A stretch of 50,259 bases of DNA from NCBI GenBank assembly GCA_051874735.1, contig JBJEGD010000014.1:1-50259 (forward strand). The letters run 5' to 3'. Of this stretch, positions 9,119 to 19,504 are shown piece by piece; the first letter of the stretch is position 1; each line of letters opens with the position of its first letter. The DNA comes from Candidatus Bruticola sp. Its GTDB lineage: Bacteria; Vulcanimicrobiota; Xenobia; Xenobiales; Xenobiaceae. The position numbers and the translations under genes were made by a program. A model generated the notes under the pieces. The model saw nothing but the letters and a program-made list of their open reading frames with translations. It was not told the DNA's origin and did not search any database.

Positions 9119-9186
9119 ACAGCGCGCTTTTTAAGCGTGAATGAATGAACACACACGAAATAAGGTACAATAATGTACTATCGGTG

Positions 9187-9555
9187 TTATTCAGCTTTTT
9201 CAAAAGCAGCGGCAGCCTCTTCGTTAGTATTAAAAATGCGGAAGATCTTTACTAAACCGGTAATAGTGAAAACTTTCTTAATTTGCTGGTCTACACATAC
9301 TAAGAAAATATGGCCGCTGTGATCGCGAACCTTTTTCAAAGCGCCTATAAGTACACCTAAGCCGGTACTGTCGATATAGCGTACCCGTTCGAGGTTGACA
9401 ATTAGATTATAAGCCCCTTTTTCAATTAAAGCATTGATAGTATCTTTAACTTTGGGGGAAGTGTAGACGTCGATTTCTCCACTGACGTCAATTTGTTCGG
9501 CTATATTTTCAATAGTCTTAGTGCTGACCTTAATATCCAAAATTAGGTCCTCCAT
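9187..9555 (-). CDS. rsbV: Anti-sigma factor antagonist (STAS domain, RsbV/SpoIIAA family)
   Basis: GEIDVYTSP, phosphoacceptor YIDSTGLGVL and FTITGL motifs. Confidence 0.88.
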   Translation of the reverse strand: MEDLILDIKVSTKTIENIAEQIDVSGEIDVYTSPKVKDTINALIEKGAYNLIVNLERVRYIDSTGLGVLIGALKKVRDHSGHIFLVCVDQQIKKVFTITGLVKIFRIFNTNEEAAAAFEKAE

Positions 9556-9676
9556 AATGTAATAACTTTAAATCTTGCTTAAACTGTATAGAAAAAGTTG
9601 GAAAGTAATATTCACTTGCGAAGCGTACGCTTCAAAAACGATAACAAGCTCAAACGCTATTAATTGTTTTGAAGGC

Positions 9677-10024
9677 TTAATCTAAATCGTGAAGTTCGCA
9701 ATCTTCTTCAAAAGCAGAATCTTCTGCAGACTGTTTAAGATTGTCTATATCTTGACCCTGGCCATTATTAGTCTTAGCTTTGTTGTAATGCTCACGCATA
9801 TTATCATAATATCGCTTGCCTTGAGCTAATACTTCGGAAGTGTTAGCCTGAATCTCGCTGGCAGCTTCAGCAGCGCGGCGGCGGTAAACTTCTAATTTAT
9901 CATTGAGCAGGCGGCGACTCTCTTTACCAGAACGGGGAGCTAAAATCATGCCGACAGATATGCCTAAAGCTGTACCAGCCAGCAAACCTACAAAAAAGCC
10001 TATTCCATCGTTATTTTTGCTCAT
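9677..10024 (-). CDS. YtxH-domain protein
   Basis: GFFVGLLAG..G...MILAPRSGKESR signature. Start moved to ATG 10024 (MSKNN), which has a GAGG RBS. Confidence 0.85.
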   Translation of the reverse strand: MSKNNDGIGFFVGLLAGTALGISVGMILAPRSGKESRRLLNDKLEVYRRRAAEAASEIQANTSEVLAQGKRYYDNMREHYNKAKTNNGQGQDIDNLKQSAEDSAFEEDCELHDLD

Positions 10025-10279
10025 TTTTTTGGGGTACCTCTTGCGTAATGAGTTTATTATGAATTGCAGCTGCAATAAGCTGTAACTTCTTCTAGACTTC
10101 AAGAACATTGTTCTTTGCTTGCATAAAGTTTTTGAACAACTGAACTCAATATGTCTCTATACATTTCTGCACTATACCTACAATTACTGCAGGCTTGCTC
10201 GTACAATTCTGCCAACTTCGCTCATTTTTAGGCATGCCCTGCCCAAGCTAATCCTGCATATATATAATATTTAGGCTTT

Positions 10280-11554
10280 TTAATTCTCATCTGCCTCAGA
10301 AAAGCTCAATCTGCAGCCTCTATAAAGAGGAAATAGGCAGAAAAGCAGGGTACATCCTACTGTAGCGAGTAATACCAAATAACAGTTGAGGCTATAGAAC
10401 TTAAATATTTCTGCACTGCTGAAAATACTGTAAGAAGCTGTCAATTTGTTGATAATATTACCGCCGATGCATCCTAAACTTATTCCTAGACCGGCTCCTA
10501 TCAGACTTGAAGTTAGAATACGTATTATATAAAGGCTGAATATATCAACTGGAGCTGCTCCTAAAGCGCGGTAAAGAGCTAATTTGCGGCTGTGAATCTT
10601 AATTTCCAGGTTTAAATTAGAGAGGATTGTAAAACCAGCGCAGCAGCTTAGTAATAGGCAGAATATAGTTATACCCAAATGTATCCAAACAAAAGCTTGA
10701 GAAACTTGTTTAGCTAGATCGATTCCTGGAGCTTTGAGGTGCATGCTTTCTAAATTTTGCAGAATATACGAAATATCTTCATTATTTTTTATATACAGCA
10801 AAGCGGCATAACATTTTAAAGGTTCTGAGCTGAGTTTCTGAGCTAAATCGTAGGGAATATTGGGTCCGCTTACGCCCACTAAGGGAGAAATACCGACGAT
10901 GCGACAGCGTAAGCGTACTTTTTTTTGGGAGTCGGAAGAGAAAGTACTGCTTCCTATATTTAAATTAAAGTGTCGGCCAATGAGCGCCTGGGGAGTGAGA
11001 TTAGGTAGATCCGTATGTATACTCACTCCAGAAAGTAAAGCATCGACTACAGAAGAAGATAGGAGACAGTCAGTTTCATAGTAAGGTAATTCATTTGGAG
11101 CTTGTGAAAGTTTAGAATAGCTGCTTAAATTTTCAGACGAAGAACTTTGGGTAAAGCTTTCAATAAACTCTTTATCAATAGCATCTATAAAGATATCGCT
11201 GACGAAATGTTGCCCGGCGTAATTAGCTGTGAGAGAAGCCGGCCGTTTTAAACGAGCGATTCTAAAGACATTGTTTACTCCTTTTATCGATTCTAACTGC
11301 AGTAACGTATCTTCACTTAACCAATTTTCCGTACTTATAGGACCTAAACTAAATGTTTTAGCTTCAACACGAATATAGTTGGGTAAATCTCCCAAAAGAC
11401 GTTGTCTGGCGATATCTTCTAGACCTGTAGAAACACCAAATAGTATAAAAGCGGATGCTGCTACAAAAGCTAGGCTGAAAATAGAACTAAATTTAGTAAA
11501 AGGGGAATCACCTAGTTCTCCCCAAGCTAAGCGAAGTAAACGTGAAAAGAGCAT
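10280..11554 (-). CDS. ABC transporter permease (MacB/FtsX/LolE-type)
   Basis: N-terminal TM, large extracytoplasmic domain, three C-terminal TMs with the RALGA motif. Adjacent to the ABC ATPase. Confidence 0.8.
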   Translation of the reverse strand: MLFSRLLRLAWGELGDSPFTKFSSIFSLAFVAASAFILFGVSTGLEDIARQRLLGDLPNYIRVEAKTFSLGPISTENWLSEDTLLQLESIKGVNNVFRIARLKRPASLTANYAGQHFVSDIFIDAIDKEFIESFTQSSSSENLSSYSKLSQAPNELPYYETDCLLSSSVVDALLSGVSIHTDLPNLTPQALIGRHFNLNIGSSTFSSDSQKKVRLRCRIVGISPLVGVSGPNIPYDLAQKLSSEPLKCYAALLYIKNNEDISYILQNLESMHLKAPGIDLAKQVSQAFVWIHLGITIFCLLLSCCAGFTILSNLNLEIKIHSRKLALYRALGAAPVDIFSLYIIRILTSSLIGAGLGISLGCIGGNIINKLTASYSIFSSAEIFKFYSLNCYLVLLATVGCTLLFCLFPLYRGCRLSFSEADEN

Positions 11555-11578
11555 ATTTTTGTTCTTTCGTTTTTTTAG

Positions 11579-12307
11579 CTAAAGCAAGTTTTCCATAGTT
11601 AAAATGCGGTTGGGTATAAAATTCGCTTCAGGTAGATAATGAGCAGTCATTAGTATTGAAAACGGCTTAACTTGCCGCAGCTTAGCTATAGCTTCTAATA
11701 AAGCGATACTGTTAGCAAGATCTAGGTGAGCCATAGGTTCATCAGCTAGTAGCAGACTCGGCCGGTTAATCAAAGCTCGAATAGCTGCAATACGCTGTTT
11801 CTGTCCTCCTGAAAGCTGAGAAGCTTTTACATCTTTGTATTCACTCATATTGAGAACTTTGAGGAGTTCTAGAGCTCTTTTTTTTCCTTCAGTCAGAGAC
11901 TGGCGTCCGAAATAAAGAGGTAGCAGAATATTTTGCCATACAGTACGGCGTCCATCTAAGTTGGCCTCTTGAAAAATAAAACCTATGTGCTGCTGACGGA
12001 AACGAGCTCGGGAAGTTTCATTCATAGAACTTATTTCCCAGCCTTTAATTTTTACAAAACCGCGTCGAGGTACAACTAAACCGCCCAGTAACTTTAGTAG
12101 GGTAGTTTTACCAGAACCCGATCCGCCCTGCAATAAAACAAATTCGCCCTCTTGTATCTGAAAATGGAGATTATTCAGACTAAAATGAGGTTTTGAGGAA
12201 TTTTGTAAAGGTGCAGCTGAGAAGGAAGAAGAGTAGGAAAAATCTACTCCCAAACATTCTGCAGCTGCAGCCTTAGCTAAACTGGTATTTTTAGCAATGA
12301 CATCCAT
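11579..12307 (-). CDS. ABC transporter ATP-binding protein (LolD/MacB-like)
   Basis: GGSGSGKTT, IGFIFQ, LSGGQKQR, LLADEP..HLD. Confidence 0.9.
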   Translation of the reverse strand: MDVIAKNTSLAKAAAAECLGVDFSYSSSFSAAPLQNSSKPHFSLNNLHFQIQEGEFVLLQGGSGSGKTTLLKLLGGLVVPRRGFVKIKGWEISSMNETSRARFRQQHIGFIFQEANLDGRRTVWQNILLPLYFGRQSLTEGKKRALELLKVLNMSEYKDVKASQLSGGQKQRIAAIRALINRPSLLLADEPMAHLDLANSIALLEAIAKLRQVKPFSILMTAHYLPEANFIPNRILTMENLL

Positions 12308-12310
12308 TAT

Positions 12311-13645
12311 TTAGTACTGTTGGACAGCGTCGGAAGGAAGCTTATACATAGGAGCTGGACTTGCCGAGTTGGTAAAATTATAAGTATATGCCGACATACT
12401 AGTATTTTTCATAAGCTGCCAAGGAGCGGCTTTGAACTCTGCTAAGTTTCTTAACTGAGAAGCCGCGCTACCTAAACTATCCCATAAAGAGCCCTTAAAA
12501 GCTAAACAGACGATAGGAGCATTAGGAGCTTTAGCTAGCTCGCGGGTTTTCTTATACAGATCTTGGCGATAACCTATTTGATCGATAAGTTTATGCTTAA
12601 GAGCTTGTTCGCTGCTGTAAATACGTCCGTCAGCTAATTTTTTAATCTGATCTTTATTTAATTTGCCTTTTCGTCCATCGGCTACAACATCGACAAATCT
12701 GTTCCAGCTCTGTGTAACTAAAGTTTGCAGCAGCTGACGTTCTTCTGGACGCATTTTTCTATAAGAGGAGCCGATATCTTTGAATGAAGCTCCTCCATTG
12801 GCGTTTAAGGAAGTAATGGTATTGACATTGACGCCTACTTTTCCCATAAGACTACTTATTTCTGGAACTTCCATAATTACCCCTATAGAGCCGGTCCAAG
12901 TAGTAGGCAAAGCGATAATGTAATCGGAAGCCATAGCGGAATAATAACCTCCGGAACAAGCTATACCTTCGAACATAGTTACAACGGGAATATGGTTATC
13001 TTTTTTAAACTGCTTAACTTCGTGATAAATATTGTCGGAAGCAGTGACGCTACCTCCAGGAGAATTTATGTCTAAAATGATAGCTTTAACATTTTTCTGT
13101 TTAGCTATGTACTTAAGAGCGTAAGTTATCTCTTCTGCAGTTACAAACCCATCTTGGCTGCTGCCAGTCCAATTTCCCGATACTATGGTGCCGTAAATGG
13201 GAAGCATAAAAATAGTACCATCTTTTTGAGATAAACTGCTTAAGGAAGAAGCTTCGGCAAATTTTTTATTGGTATTTTCTTTAAGATTATCATTAACATC
13301 CGACATTTTTTTGTCGATCATGTATAACTTATACTTGGAAGCTTCAGACTTATCTTCTGGAATAGGATCATCTCCACACAAAGATACAGCTAAAACGGTT
13401 AGTACTACAGCTGATCCTATTAAGAATAATATAATCAGCACCAGGAAAACAATAACTGCTATATAGCATCCTTTACCTTTAGTTCCAGAATTTTTGGGAG
13501 TAGGTTTGTTAGGTATAGCTGAAGCTGTCGGCTCCCTTGTCGGTTCAGGTGATACTGCTTCTTGAGCTGGGCAGTTGGCTTGAGGGAGACTGTTTGAAGA
13601 GACAGTAACTAATGGTTTTATATCTTCTTCCAAAATAGAAATCAC
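12311..13645 (-). CDS. sppA: Signal peptide peptidase SppA (S49), membrane anchored
   Basis: INSPGGSV, ACSGGYY, TGSIGVI, ADGRIY, LIDQIG. N-terminal Pro-rich segment followed by a TM helix. Confidence 0.9.
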   Translation of the reverse strand: MISILEEDIKPLVTVSSNSLPQANCPAQEAVSPEPTREPTASAIPNKPTPKNSGTKGKGCYIAVIVFLVLIILFLIGSAVVLTVLAVSLCGDDPIPEDKSEASKYKLYMIDKKMSDVNDNLKENTNKKFAEASSLSSLSQKDGTIFMLPIYGTIVSGNWTGSSQDGFVTAEEITYALKYIAKQKNVKAIILDINSPGGSVTASDNIYHEVKQFKKDNHIPVVTMFEGIACSGGYYSAMASDYIIALPTTWTGSIGVIMEVPEISSLMGKVGVNVNTITSLNANGGASFKDIGSSYRKMRPEERQLLQTLVTQSWNRFVDVVADGRKGKLNKDQIKKLADGRIYSSEQALKHKLIDQIGYRQDLYKKTRELAKAPNAPIVCLAFKGSLWDSLGSAASQLRNLAEFKAAPWQLMKNTSMSAYTYNFTNSASPAPMYKLPSDAVQQY

Positions 13646-13758
13646 CTTATTTAATATAATTTGTATGCAGGCTGATTATACACAATTTTACGCTTGCGAA
13701 TTACAGTTGCTCAATTAATTTTCAAAGGTTAAAGGAAGTTAGGTAAGAAACAGTCTGT

Positions 13759-15468
13759 ATGGACAATAAAAAACACGGAAATTTCAAGGTATGCGAACTA
13801 ATTATTCCATTAGTTTTTGGTTTTTTAGCTTACTGGTTTGTACAGAGTTACGTAAAAAGCTGTGATTCACTTTTTGGTGAACACTCTGGCCGAACTTTAA
13901 TTGAAGCTTATCACTATTGGATATTTTTTCTTAAAGGCAAAGAATTTCCTATCACCGGTTATCCGCCTCTATGCGGTTGGCTTTATTGTTTCGGTGGTTT
14001 ACTAAACGATAAACATTTTTCTTCTCAAGCTGCCGTCTCAGCTCAAGCCTTGCTACTTATCCCTTTAAATGTGGCTATTTATTTTTTAGGACGCCGTATC
14101 GGAGGAGTATGGGGAGGCGTATTAGCTTTAATTGCTAATTTAGGAAATTTTCAACTTAATTTATGCAGTCGCGGCCTTTTTTTAGAGATAGGTGAAACTT
14201 TATTCGTATGTGCTTCTTTGGTTGCCTATTTAGCTTCAAATAATTTCCGTCGTTTAGTTCCATCTTTAGTTTTTGGTATTTTTGTCGGTTTAGGTATGCT
14301 CACTAAGTGGGCTCTAATGTTCTACTTGTTGCCGCTCCTGGCCTATGCACTTTTTATGGCGGTTTCTGCTCCCGGATCTTCTAAAGCGGCGGATACAAGT
14401 AACCCAAATGAAGACAATGAACCTATAAACGTCCGCATAGGCCAAGAGACTTTATCTTTTGAGCCAATTGTAACAAATCTACCAAAAATTGAAAATATTG
14501 CTGATCAGACTGGCGAAGAAGAAAATAATCAAGATAGTTTGGTTTCTACTTGGTTAGGTATATTAGTAGCTTTTCTAGCTGCAATATCATTAAGTGGGTG
14601 GTGGTATTGGGCCGCTTGGCAGGAACTACTGCGGAAGAGCAGTCAAGATTTAGCCCAAAATTATTCAGGTTTAATATGTTTTGGTCAATTGTTAAGTTCT
14701 TTGAACAATTCATATTGGCTTTATTTCAACTGGTTCTTTATAAGTTTATTTTTTATTATCAAACGTCAAGATAAGGCAGAAAATGAAGCTGCTTTTCTGA
14801 TAACAGTTATGAGCTTATCAGCGGTAAGCATTTATACGGTTTTAGGGGTTCCAGGAGTGGCAAGATATATACTGCCGGCTTCCGTAATGGGGTTGTGTTT
14901 AGTTTTCTCCTGGATGGGCAATTACCGATTTCTGCGTGTGGGGGCTCTAATATTGACGTTATTTATTTCTGATGTTCAGCTAGGTCTAATTTCTATTCCA
15001 AAAAATTTTACCGATGAAGCTCCCACGCGCGTAAGCTGGCGAATACCTACTTTATCCCAATCGGATAGTTCTGCGGATAAAGTACGACGTGCTGAAGAGA
15101 TAGACTTTGCCGACAAAGTTCTAAGCGTGGTTTTGCCTGAATTGGATAAGAGTGGGGAAACTCGCTTCACTGCGGTGGCTTTTAAACAAGGGCGCGGGTT
15201 AGATGTAGATATTTTCCTCTTAAGAGCTCTAGAAAAGTACAATAAGCTTATAGATATAGATATTTATGTACCTGTTAACTGTGAGTTCATTCCCCAATCA
15301 TCTTTGCTTTTGCAAATAAGTGGTCAAGAAGAAGATATAGTTAATAATCGCTATTTTCAAGGATATAAAAAAATTGCCCAATGGACAAACCGCGACTCTG
15401 AAATAATGTGCCTTTACCAAAATAAACAAAAGCGCGATCGCCGTATTTGCCGATACTGCAAAGATTAA
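13759..15468 (+). CDS. GT-C fold membrane glycosyltransferase (ArnT/PMT_2-like)
   Basis: YPPL loop, many TM helices, GLGMLTKW, WWY, RYILP. Confidence 0.7.
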   Translation: MDNKKHGNFKVCELIIPLVFGFLAYWFVQSYVKSCDSLFGEHSGRTLIEAYHYWIFFLKGKEFPITGYPPLCGWLYCFGGLLNDKHFSSQAAVSAQALLLIPLNVAIYFLGRRIGGVWGGVLALIANLGNFQLNLCSRGLFLEIGETLFVCASLVAYLASNNFRRLVPSLVFGIFVGLGMLTKWALMFYLLPLLAYALFMAVSAPGSSKAADTSNPNEDNEPINVRIGQETLSFEPIVTNLPKIENIADQTGEEENNQDSLVSTWLGILVAFLAAISLSGWWYWAAWQELLRKSSQDLAQNYSGLICFGQLLSSLNNSYWLYFNWFFISLFFIIKRQDKAENEAAFLITVMSLSAVSIYTVLGVPGVARYILPASVMGLCLVFSWMGNYRFLRVGALILTLFISDVQLGLISIPKNFTDEAPTRVSWRIPTLSQSDSSADKVRRAEEIDFADKVLSVVLPELDKSGETRFTAVAFKQGRGLDVDIFLLRALEKYNKLIDIDIYVPVNCEFIPQSSLLLQISGQEEDIVNNRYFQGYKKIAQWTNRDSEIMCLYQNKQKRDRRICRYCKD

Positions 15469-15492
15469 ATTCTATTATTCTGGATAACCCAA

Positions 15493-15532
15493 TAAAAAAG
15501 CGGAGAAGGTAAAGACGCCGTTCTCCGCTCTT
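15493..15532 (-). terminator. Intrinsic terminator of the minus-strand tgt...cinA gene run
   Basis: Stem AGCGGAGAA (15499-15507) / TTCTCCGCT (15521-15529), with an A-run on the left. Confidence 0.7.
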
Positions 15533-15574
15533 ATAGGTATTTAAAGTGGATGGATTAAAAAATTGCGCTGATAA

Positions 15575-16015
15575 TTACCAAACAGGACTGGGAGCTTGAA
15601 AAGTAACTTCTTTGCCTTCATCGTTAGTGTAGGTCAGCCAAATTTTTATTTGTTGCTTACGGCTGCGGCTGTAGTCATCCCATTTAAAGTGCAAAAACTC
15701 TCTGGAACCAGGCTCCAGCTCTTCAATAGTTTTGTCTAAATTTTCTAGCTCGCGTTTATTGTCATAAACCTTTATATTGACTTTGATATTTTTCTGAATA
15801 TCGCGGCTCAAATTTTTAACCCACAAAGTGCAGGTGCGTTTAACGCAAACAGTATCATTATCAAAGGCGTCTCTATCAACAGTAGCTTTAATAACGGCTA
15901 CTGGATGCTGATCGCTTTTTTTCTGTTTTTTAGCAGCATAAACAGTTGGGGACAAAAGCCCTAAAATCAGGGCTGCTGACAATATAATTCCCAAAAACAT
16001 ATTAAATTTGCGCAT
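15575..16015 (-). CDS. Secreted hypothetical protein (Ig/CARDB-like beta sandwich)
   Basis: Sec signal ending VYA; VKN....I..L.PG....F.W pattern; GGAGG RBS. Confidence 0.7.
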   Translation of the reverse strand: MRKFNMFLGIILSAALILGLLSPTVYAAKKQKKSDQHPVAVIKATVDRDAFDNDTVCVKRTCTLWVKNLSRDIQKNIKVNIKVYDNKRELENLDKTIEELEPGSREFLHFKWDDYSRSRKQQIKIWLTYTNDEGKEVTFQAPSPVW

Positions 16016-16056
16016 ATTTTCCTCCGAAAATTAAAACAAACGGAAAAGTCTGCCGC

Positions 16057-16812
16057 CTAGTTGGACATAACAGCCAGATCTTGGGGCAGTTGTTTTAAGA
16101 AAAACTCTTTTGATTCAACCAGAGAAGTTTCATCCGGAGCTTCAAAAGTTATTTTAACAATAAACGAATCTGGCTTACCTGGTTCAAAAGAAGGATAGGA
16201 GCCGAAGCGCACTTGCGGGAACTTATGAACGGATCTGTTAAGAGCAGCTGTAAGCTTAGTTTCAATTCCTTTAATTGAAACTTCGTCATGTAGTAAAGGT
16301 ACTCCGGTGAAAGCTGACATAATGTAATCTAGATAGTGACTGAATAGTTTGGGCATTCCCGGCAGCAGATAAATATTTTTAACGTACACTTGAGGTAAAA
16401 AATAGTCTTCGCTGGGGGAAGTGGAAACTAGCAATTCTGCTTCAGCGGGAACCATGGCCATACGGCTTTGGGCAGCTGTTAGAACGGCCCCTTTGTAGTG
16501 GCGTGATATGACTGTTTCCAAATAACTGTGTTTTATAACCTGTTGATCTAAAGCTTTGGCTACCCCTTCTACAGTTACGTCGTCGTGAGTTGGTCCTATA
16601 CCTCCGGAGGTGATGACAAAGTCGTAATTCGTGCTGAGACGTTTAACTGATTCGGCTATAGCATCGATATCGTCAGGAACAATCTCTACTTTAGCTAAAA
16701 TTACTCCTTTTTCAGAAAATTTCTTGGAAGTATAGCTAATATTTGCATCAGTCACACTGCCGTTTAATATTTCTTGTCCTACAACTAATAAAGCAACTCT
16801 GGAAGCTTTCAT
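16057..16812 (-). CDS. CinA-like molybdopterin-binding-domain protein (no PncC domain)
   Basis: VGQEILNG...DAN, VPDD, SGGIGPTHDDVT, LPGMP, FGSYP. Confidence 0.87.
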   Translation of the reverse strand: MKASRVALLVVGQEILNGSVTDANISYTSKKFSEKGVILAKVEIVPDDIDAIAESVKRLSTNYDFVITSGGIGPTHDDVTVEGVAKALDQQVIKHSYLETVISRHYKGAVLTAAQSRMAMVPAEAELLVSTSPSEDYFLPQVYVKNIYLLPGMPKLFSHYLDYIMSAFTGVPLLHDEVSIKGIETKLTAALNRSVHKFPQVRFGSYPSFEPGKPDSFIVKITFEAPDETSLVESKEFFLKQLPQDLAVMSN

Positions 16813-16821
16813 GACTATATG

Positions 16822-18471
16822 TTATTTAACCTCATTGCCTGGTAATTTATGCTTAAAAATTTCAACATTATCTGCGGTTGTTTCTTTAATATCAGAGCTA
16901 ATTTGCTCTAAAATATCTTCTCCAGCTAGATTACCCTTCATAGAAGGGATGCCTTTGTAGTTGATACCGTAGTAGAAACGGTAACGACGAACGGGACTGC
17001 CACCACGATAGATAGTCAGACGATTGCCGCTGGGATCGATACTATCGAAGTATTTTTTCAATTCGTCTAAATTAAACTCGCTTCTCGATTTAAACTGACC
17101 ATTACTATGCAGATCTTCGGTAATAACGTATACACAGTTCCAACCCTTATAATCGTTATTTTTGACCCAATAGTCGAAAGCTTTAGCCCTTTTGCCATAT
17201 AAATTATCAGCTACAGTTAAATTAGGTAGCTTAGTATAATAAGCTACTTCGCTAGCTGTTCTGTAATCATGGCCGGCTATGAAGCACTTTTTAGGATCAG
17301 GATTGGCACTTAACATTTCTAAAACTATCTGTCCCATATGCTTCCAACCATAAATTTCATTAAAACGATTGATAGGAGCAATAGACCACACTACAGCTAT
17401 AAAGGGTAATAAGACAAAAATCAAAGCTGGAACGAATACTGCACCTAAAATAAACTGCCATTTGCGACTGTACCAAGCTCGAACTTCATCTAGTACAGAG
17501 GCAACTGCAATAATTAAGGCTGGGTATACAGGCAACGGCCAGTTAAGCTGTACGAGACGGCATACCGCTACGGCGGCTATAATGATAGCAAAAGGTAGAA
17601 ATGAACAGACTAGATAAAGCCAACGTTCATCAGTTTTTGCGCGCTTGATACTCTGCCAGGCTACCCAAAGAAGCAGAATAAAACCGAAAGGAGTAGGCAG
17701 AGCTGTGATATTGAGCAAAGAGCCTCCCACAATATCCAGCCAACTATTAGCTTCAAAGAAGCGTGAAACTCCCTGGAAAAGGAAAGAAGCCCATTCATGC
17801 TGTGAATTCCAGTAAATTACTGGAGTGAAAATAAGCCAACAGAGCGCAACACCTGCATAAAACTGCCAACACTTAAATAGATGGTATTTTTTCTTGGCTA
17901 TTATTATAAGCACCGGAGCTAAAGGAGCTATAATGCCTGGATATTTTGAAAGCATAGCAAAACCGGTGGCAGCTCCTATAACTAACCACCAATGTGGTTT
18001 TTCATCTTCATAAAGACGATAGCCGACGCACATAGCCAAACTCCAAAACAGCAGTAATGGCGCGTCAGGTAAAGTGAAGATTGAATACCATTCAAAAGCT
18101 GGCAGCAGCGAAGCTAAAACAGCTGTTATGAAGCCTATTCTAGCCCCGAATAGATCGCAGGCTAATCTGTGAATGAAGAATAAGGTTCCAGCAAAACATA
18201 ATATTGCGGGCATTCTTACCCAAATTTCTGCATTGCCGCCAATTTTACAAGACAGGAAAATCAGCCAACCTATAAGAGGAGGATGATCGAAGTAGGACCA
18301 ATCCAAATTTTGGCTATACAGCCAATAATAAGCCTCTTCATACTTTAGTTCAGCTAAAGCTCCGAAAATTATACGAACTAAAGTTGTGATTATCAGTAAA
18401 TTGAGAAAACGGAAATTCCAGCTCCACTCTTCTTTGGCGGCGCTGGAAAGTTCTTTATTATTCTTGCTCAT
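16822..18471 (-). CDS. ArnT/PMT-family (GT83/GT39) membrane glycosyltransferase
   Basis: EEAYYW, YFDHPPL, PDAPL, LSKY, P.IYWN...W.SF.FQ. Confidence 0.85.
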   Translation of the reverse strand: MSKNNKELSSAAKEEWSWNFRFLNLLIITTLVRIIFGALAELKYEEAYYWLYSQNLDWSYFDHPPLIGWLIFLSCKIGGNAEIWVRMPAILCFAGTLFFIHRLACDLFGARIGFITAVLASLLPAFEWYSIFTLPDAPLLLFWSLAMCVGYRLYEDEKPHWWLVIGAATGFAMLSKYPGIIAPLAPVLIIIAKKKYHLFKCWQFYAGVALCWLIFTPVIYWNSQHEWASFLFQGVSRFFEANSWLDIVGGSLLNITALPTPFGFILLLWVAWQSIKRAKTDERWLYLVCSFLPFAIIIAAVAVCRLVQLNWPLPVYPALIIAVASVLDEVRAWYSRKWQFILGAVFVPALIFVLLPFIAVVWSIAPINRFNEIYGWKHMGQIVLEMLSANPDPKKCFIAGHDYRTASEVAYYTKLPNLTVADNLYGKRAKAFDYWVKNNDYKGWNCVYVITEDLHSNGQFKSRSEFNLDELKKYFDSIDPSGNRLTIYRGGSPVRRYRFYYGINYKGIPSMKGNLAGEDILEQISSDIKETTADNVEIFKHKLPGNEVK

Positions 18472-19432
18472 TGTTTATAGCATCTTCTATAGCATCGAAA
18501 TAATGTATTGTAGAAAGCTGCCGAGCGCACCATCCATCAAACCCTACTAGAGGTGCATCATCAGTCATACCTGGACGATTTAAACGTTCTAAACATAATT
18601 TCTGCAACCAATCGCCCAAACGAGTAAATTTGTAAACAGCTAAGCGGGCGCAGTGTATACCGGTGGAGAGACGAGAACGGGGAATATTATGCTTGCTGAC
18701 ATAAATCGCAGCGGTACGTCCTTTAGCTTCAGATTGTTTGAGCATGCGGGGAATATCTCCGCGAGTAGGAGTGCGCTTTACATGAAAACCTATAGCTTTG
18801 TAGTTGTTGTGGGCTTTTAATCCCAAACCCATTAGCCTAAGTCCGACTTCTTGATCTTCCCACCCGTACTCTTTGAAATCTTCGTCGAAGCCTCCAATAG
18901 CTAATAAAAATCGGCGTTTGACTGAAACGTTGGAAGTCCAGAAGAAAGACATAGAAAAATCGGCCATAGTGAATTTGGGCGTTTCTGGACGTTTAGCTTC
19001 ACTAACGTGGTTAACCCAGCCATTGCAGACAATTTTATCAAAGGAAGCGTGAGTCAGTACATGCTGGCGCAGCAGATCGGGATCGGCGATGACGTCGTCG
19101 TCTATAATAAGAATAACCCGACCGCGGCAGGCTCTCAATCCTGTATTTCTGGCGGTAGACAAACCGGCATTTTTTTCGTGGCGCAATACGGTCAGCTTAT
19201 AAGGAAGTTCGAGACTTTCAGCCATCTCTTTAGTTCCGTCTGTAGAACCGTCGTCTACCAGCACAACTTCAAAACGGTCAGCAGGAAGGGTTTGATCTTT
19301 AAGAGATTCTAAAACAACCTGCAAAACATTTTTGCGGTTGTGTGAACAAATTTGCACAGACACTTCATACTTATCTTCAGCTTTCATCAGCTCGGCAAAT
19401 TCTTCTTTTCTTTCCATTTCTTTTGTCCTCAC
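18458..19432 (-). CDS. Glycosyltransferase family 2
   Basis: VVLVDDGSTDGT, ARNTG, IDDD, GGFDEDF..YGWED.E.G.RL. Confidence 0.9.
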   Translation of the reverse strand: MRTKEMERKEEFAELMKAEDKYEVSVQICSHNRKNVLQVVLESLKDQTLPADRFEVVLVDDGSTDGTKEMAESLELPYKLTVLRHEKNAGLSTARNTGLRACRGRVILIIDDDVIADPDLLRQHVLTHASFDKIVCNGWVNHVSEAKRPETPKFTMADFSMSFFWTSNVSVKRRFLLAIGGFDEDFKEYGWEDQEVGLRLMGLGLKAHNNYKAIGFHVKRTPTRGDIPRMLKQSEAKGRTAAIYVSKHNIPRSRLSTGIHCARLAVYKFTRLGDWLQKLCLERLNRPGMTDDAPLVGFDGWCARQLSTIHYFDAIEDAINNEQE

Positions 19433-19504
19433 TTGTCGATCGTTTTCATTTAGCTGTAAACGATTAGCAAAGCCGCTGGCTTTCTTGCGGCTTTACTATT
19501 ACGG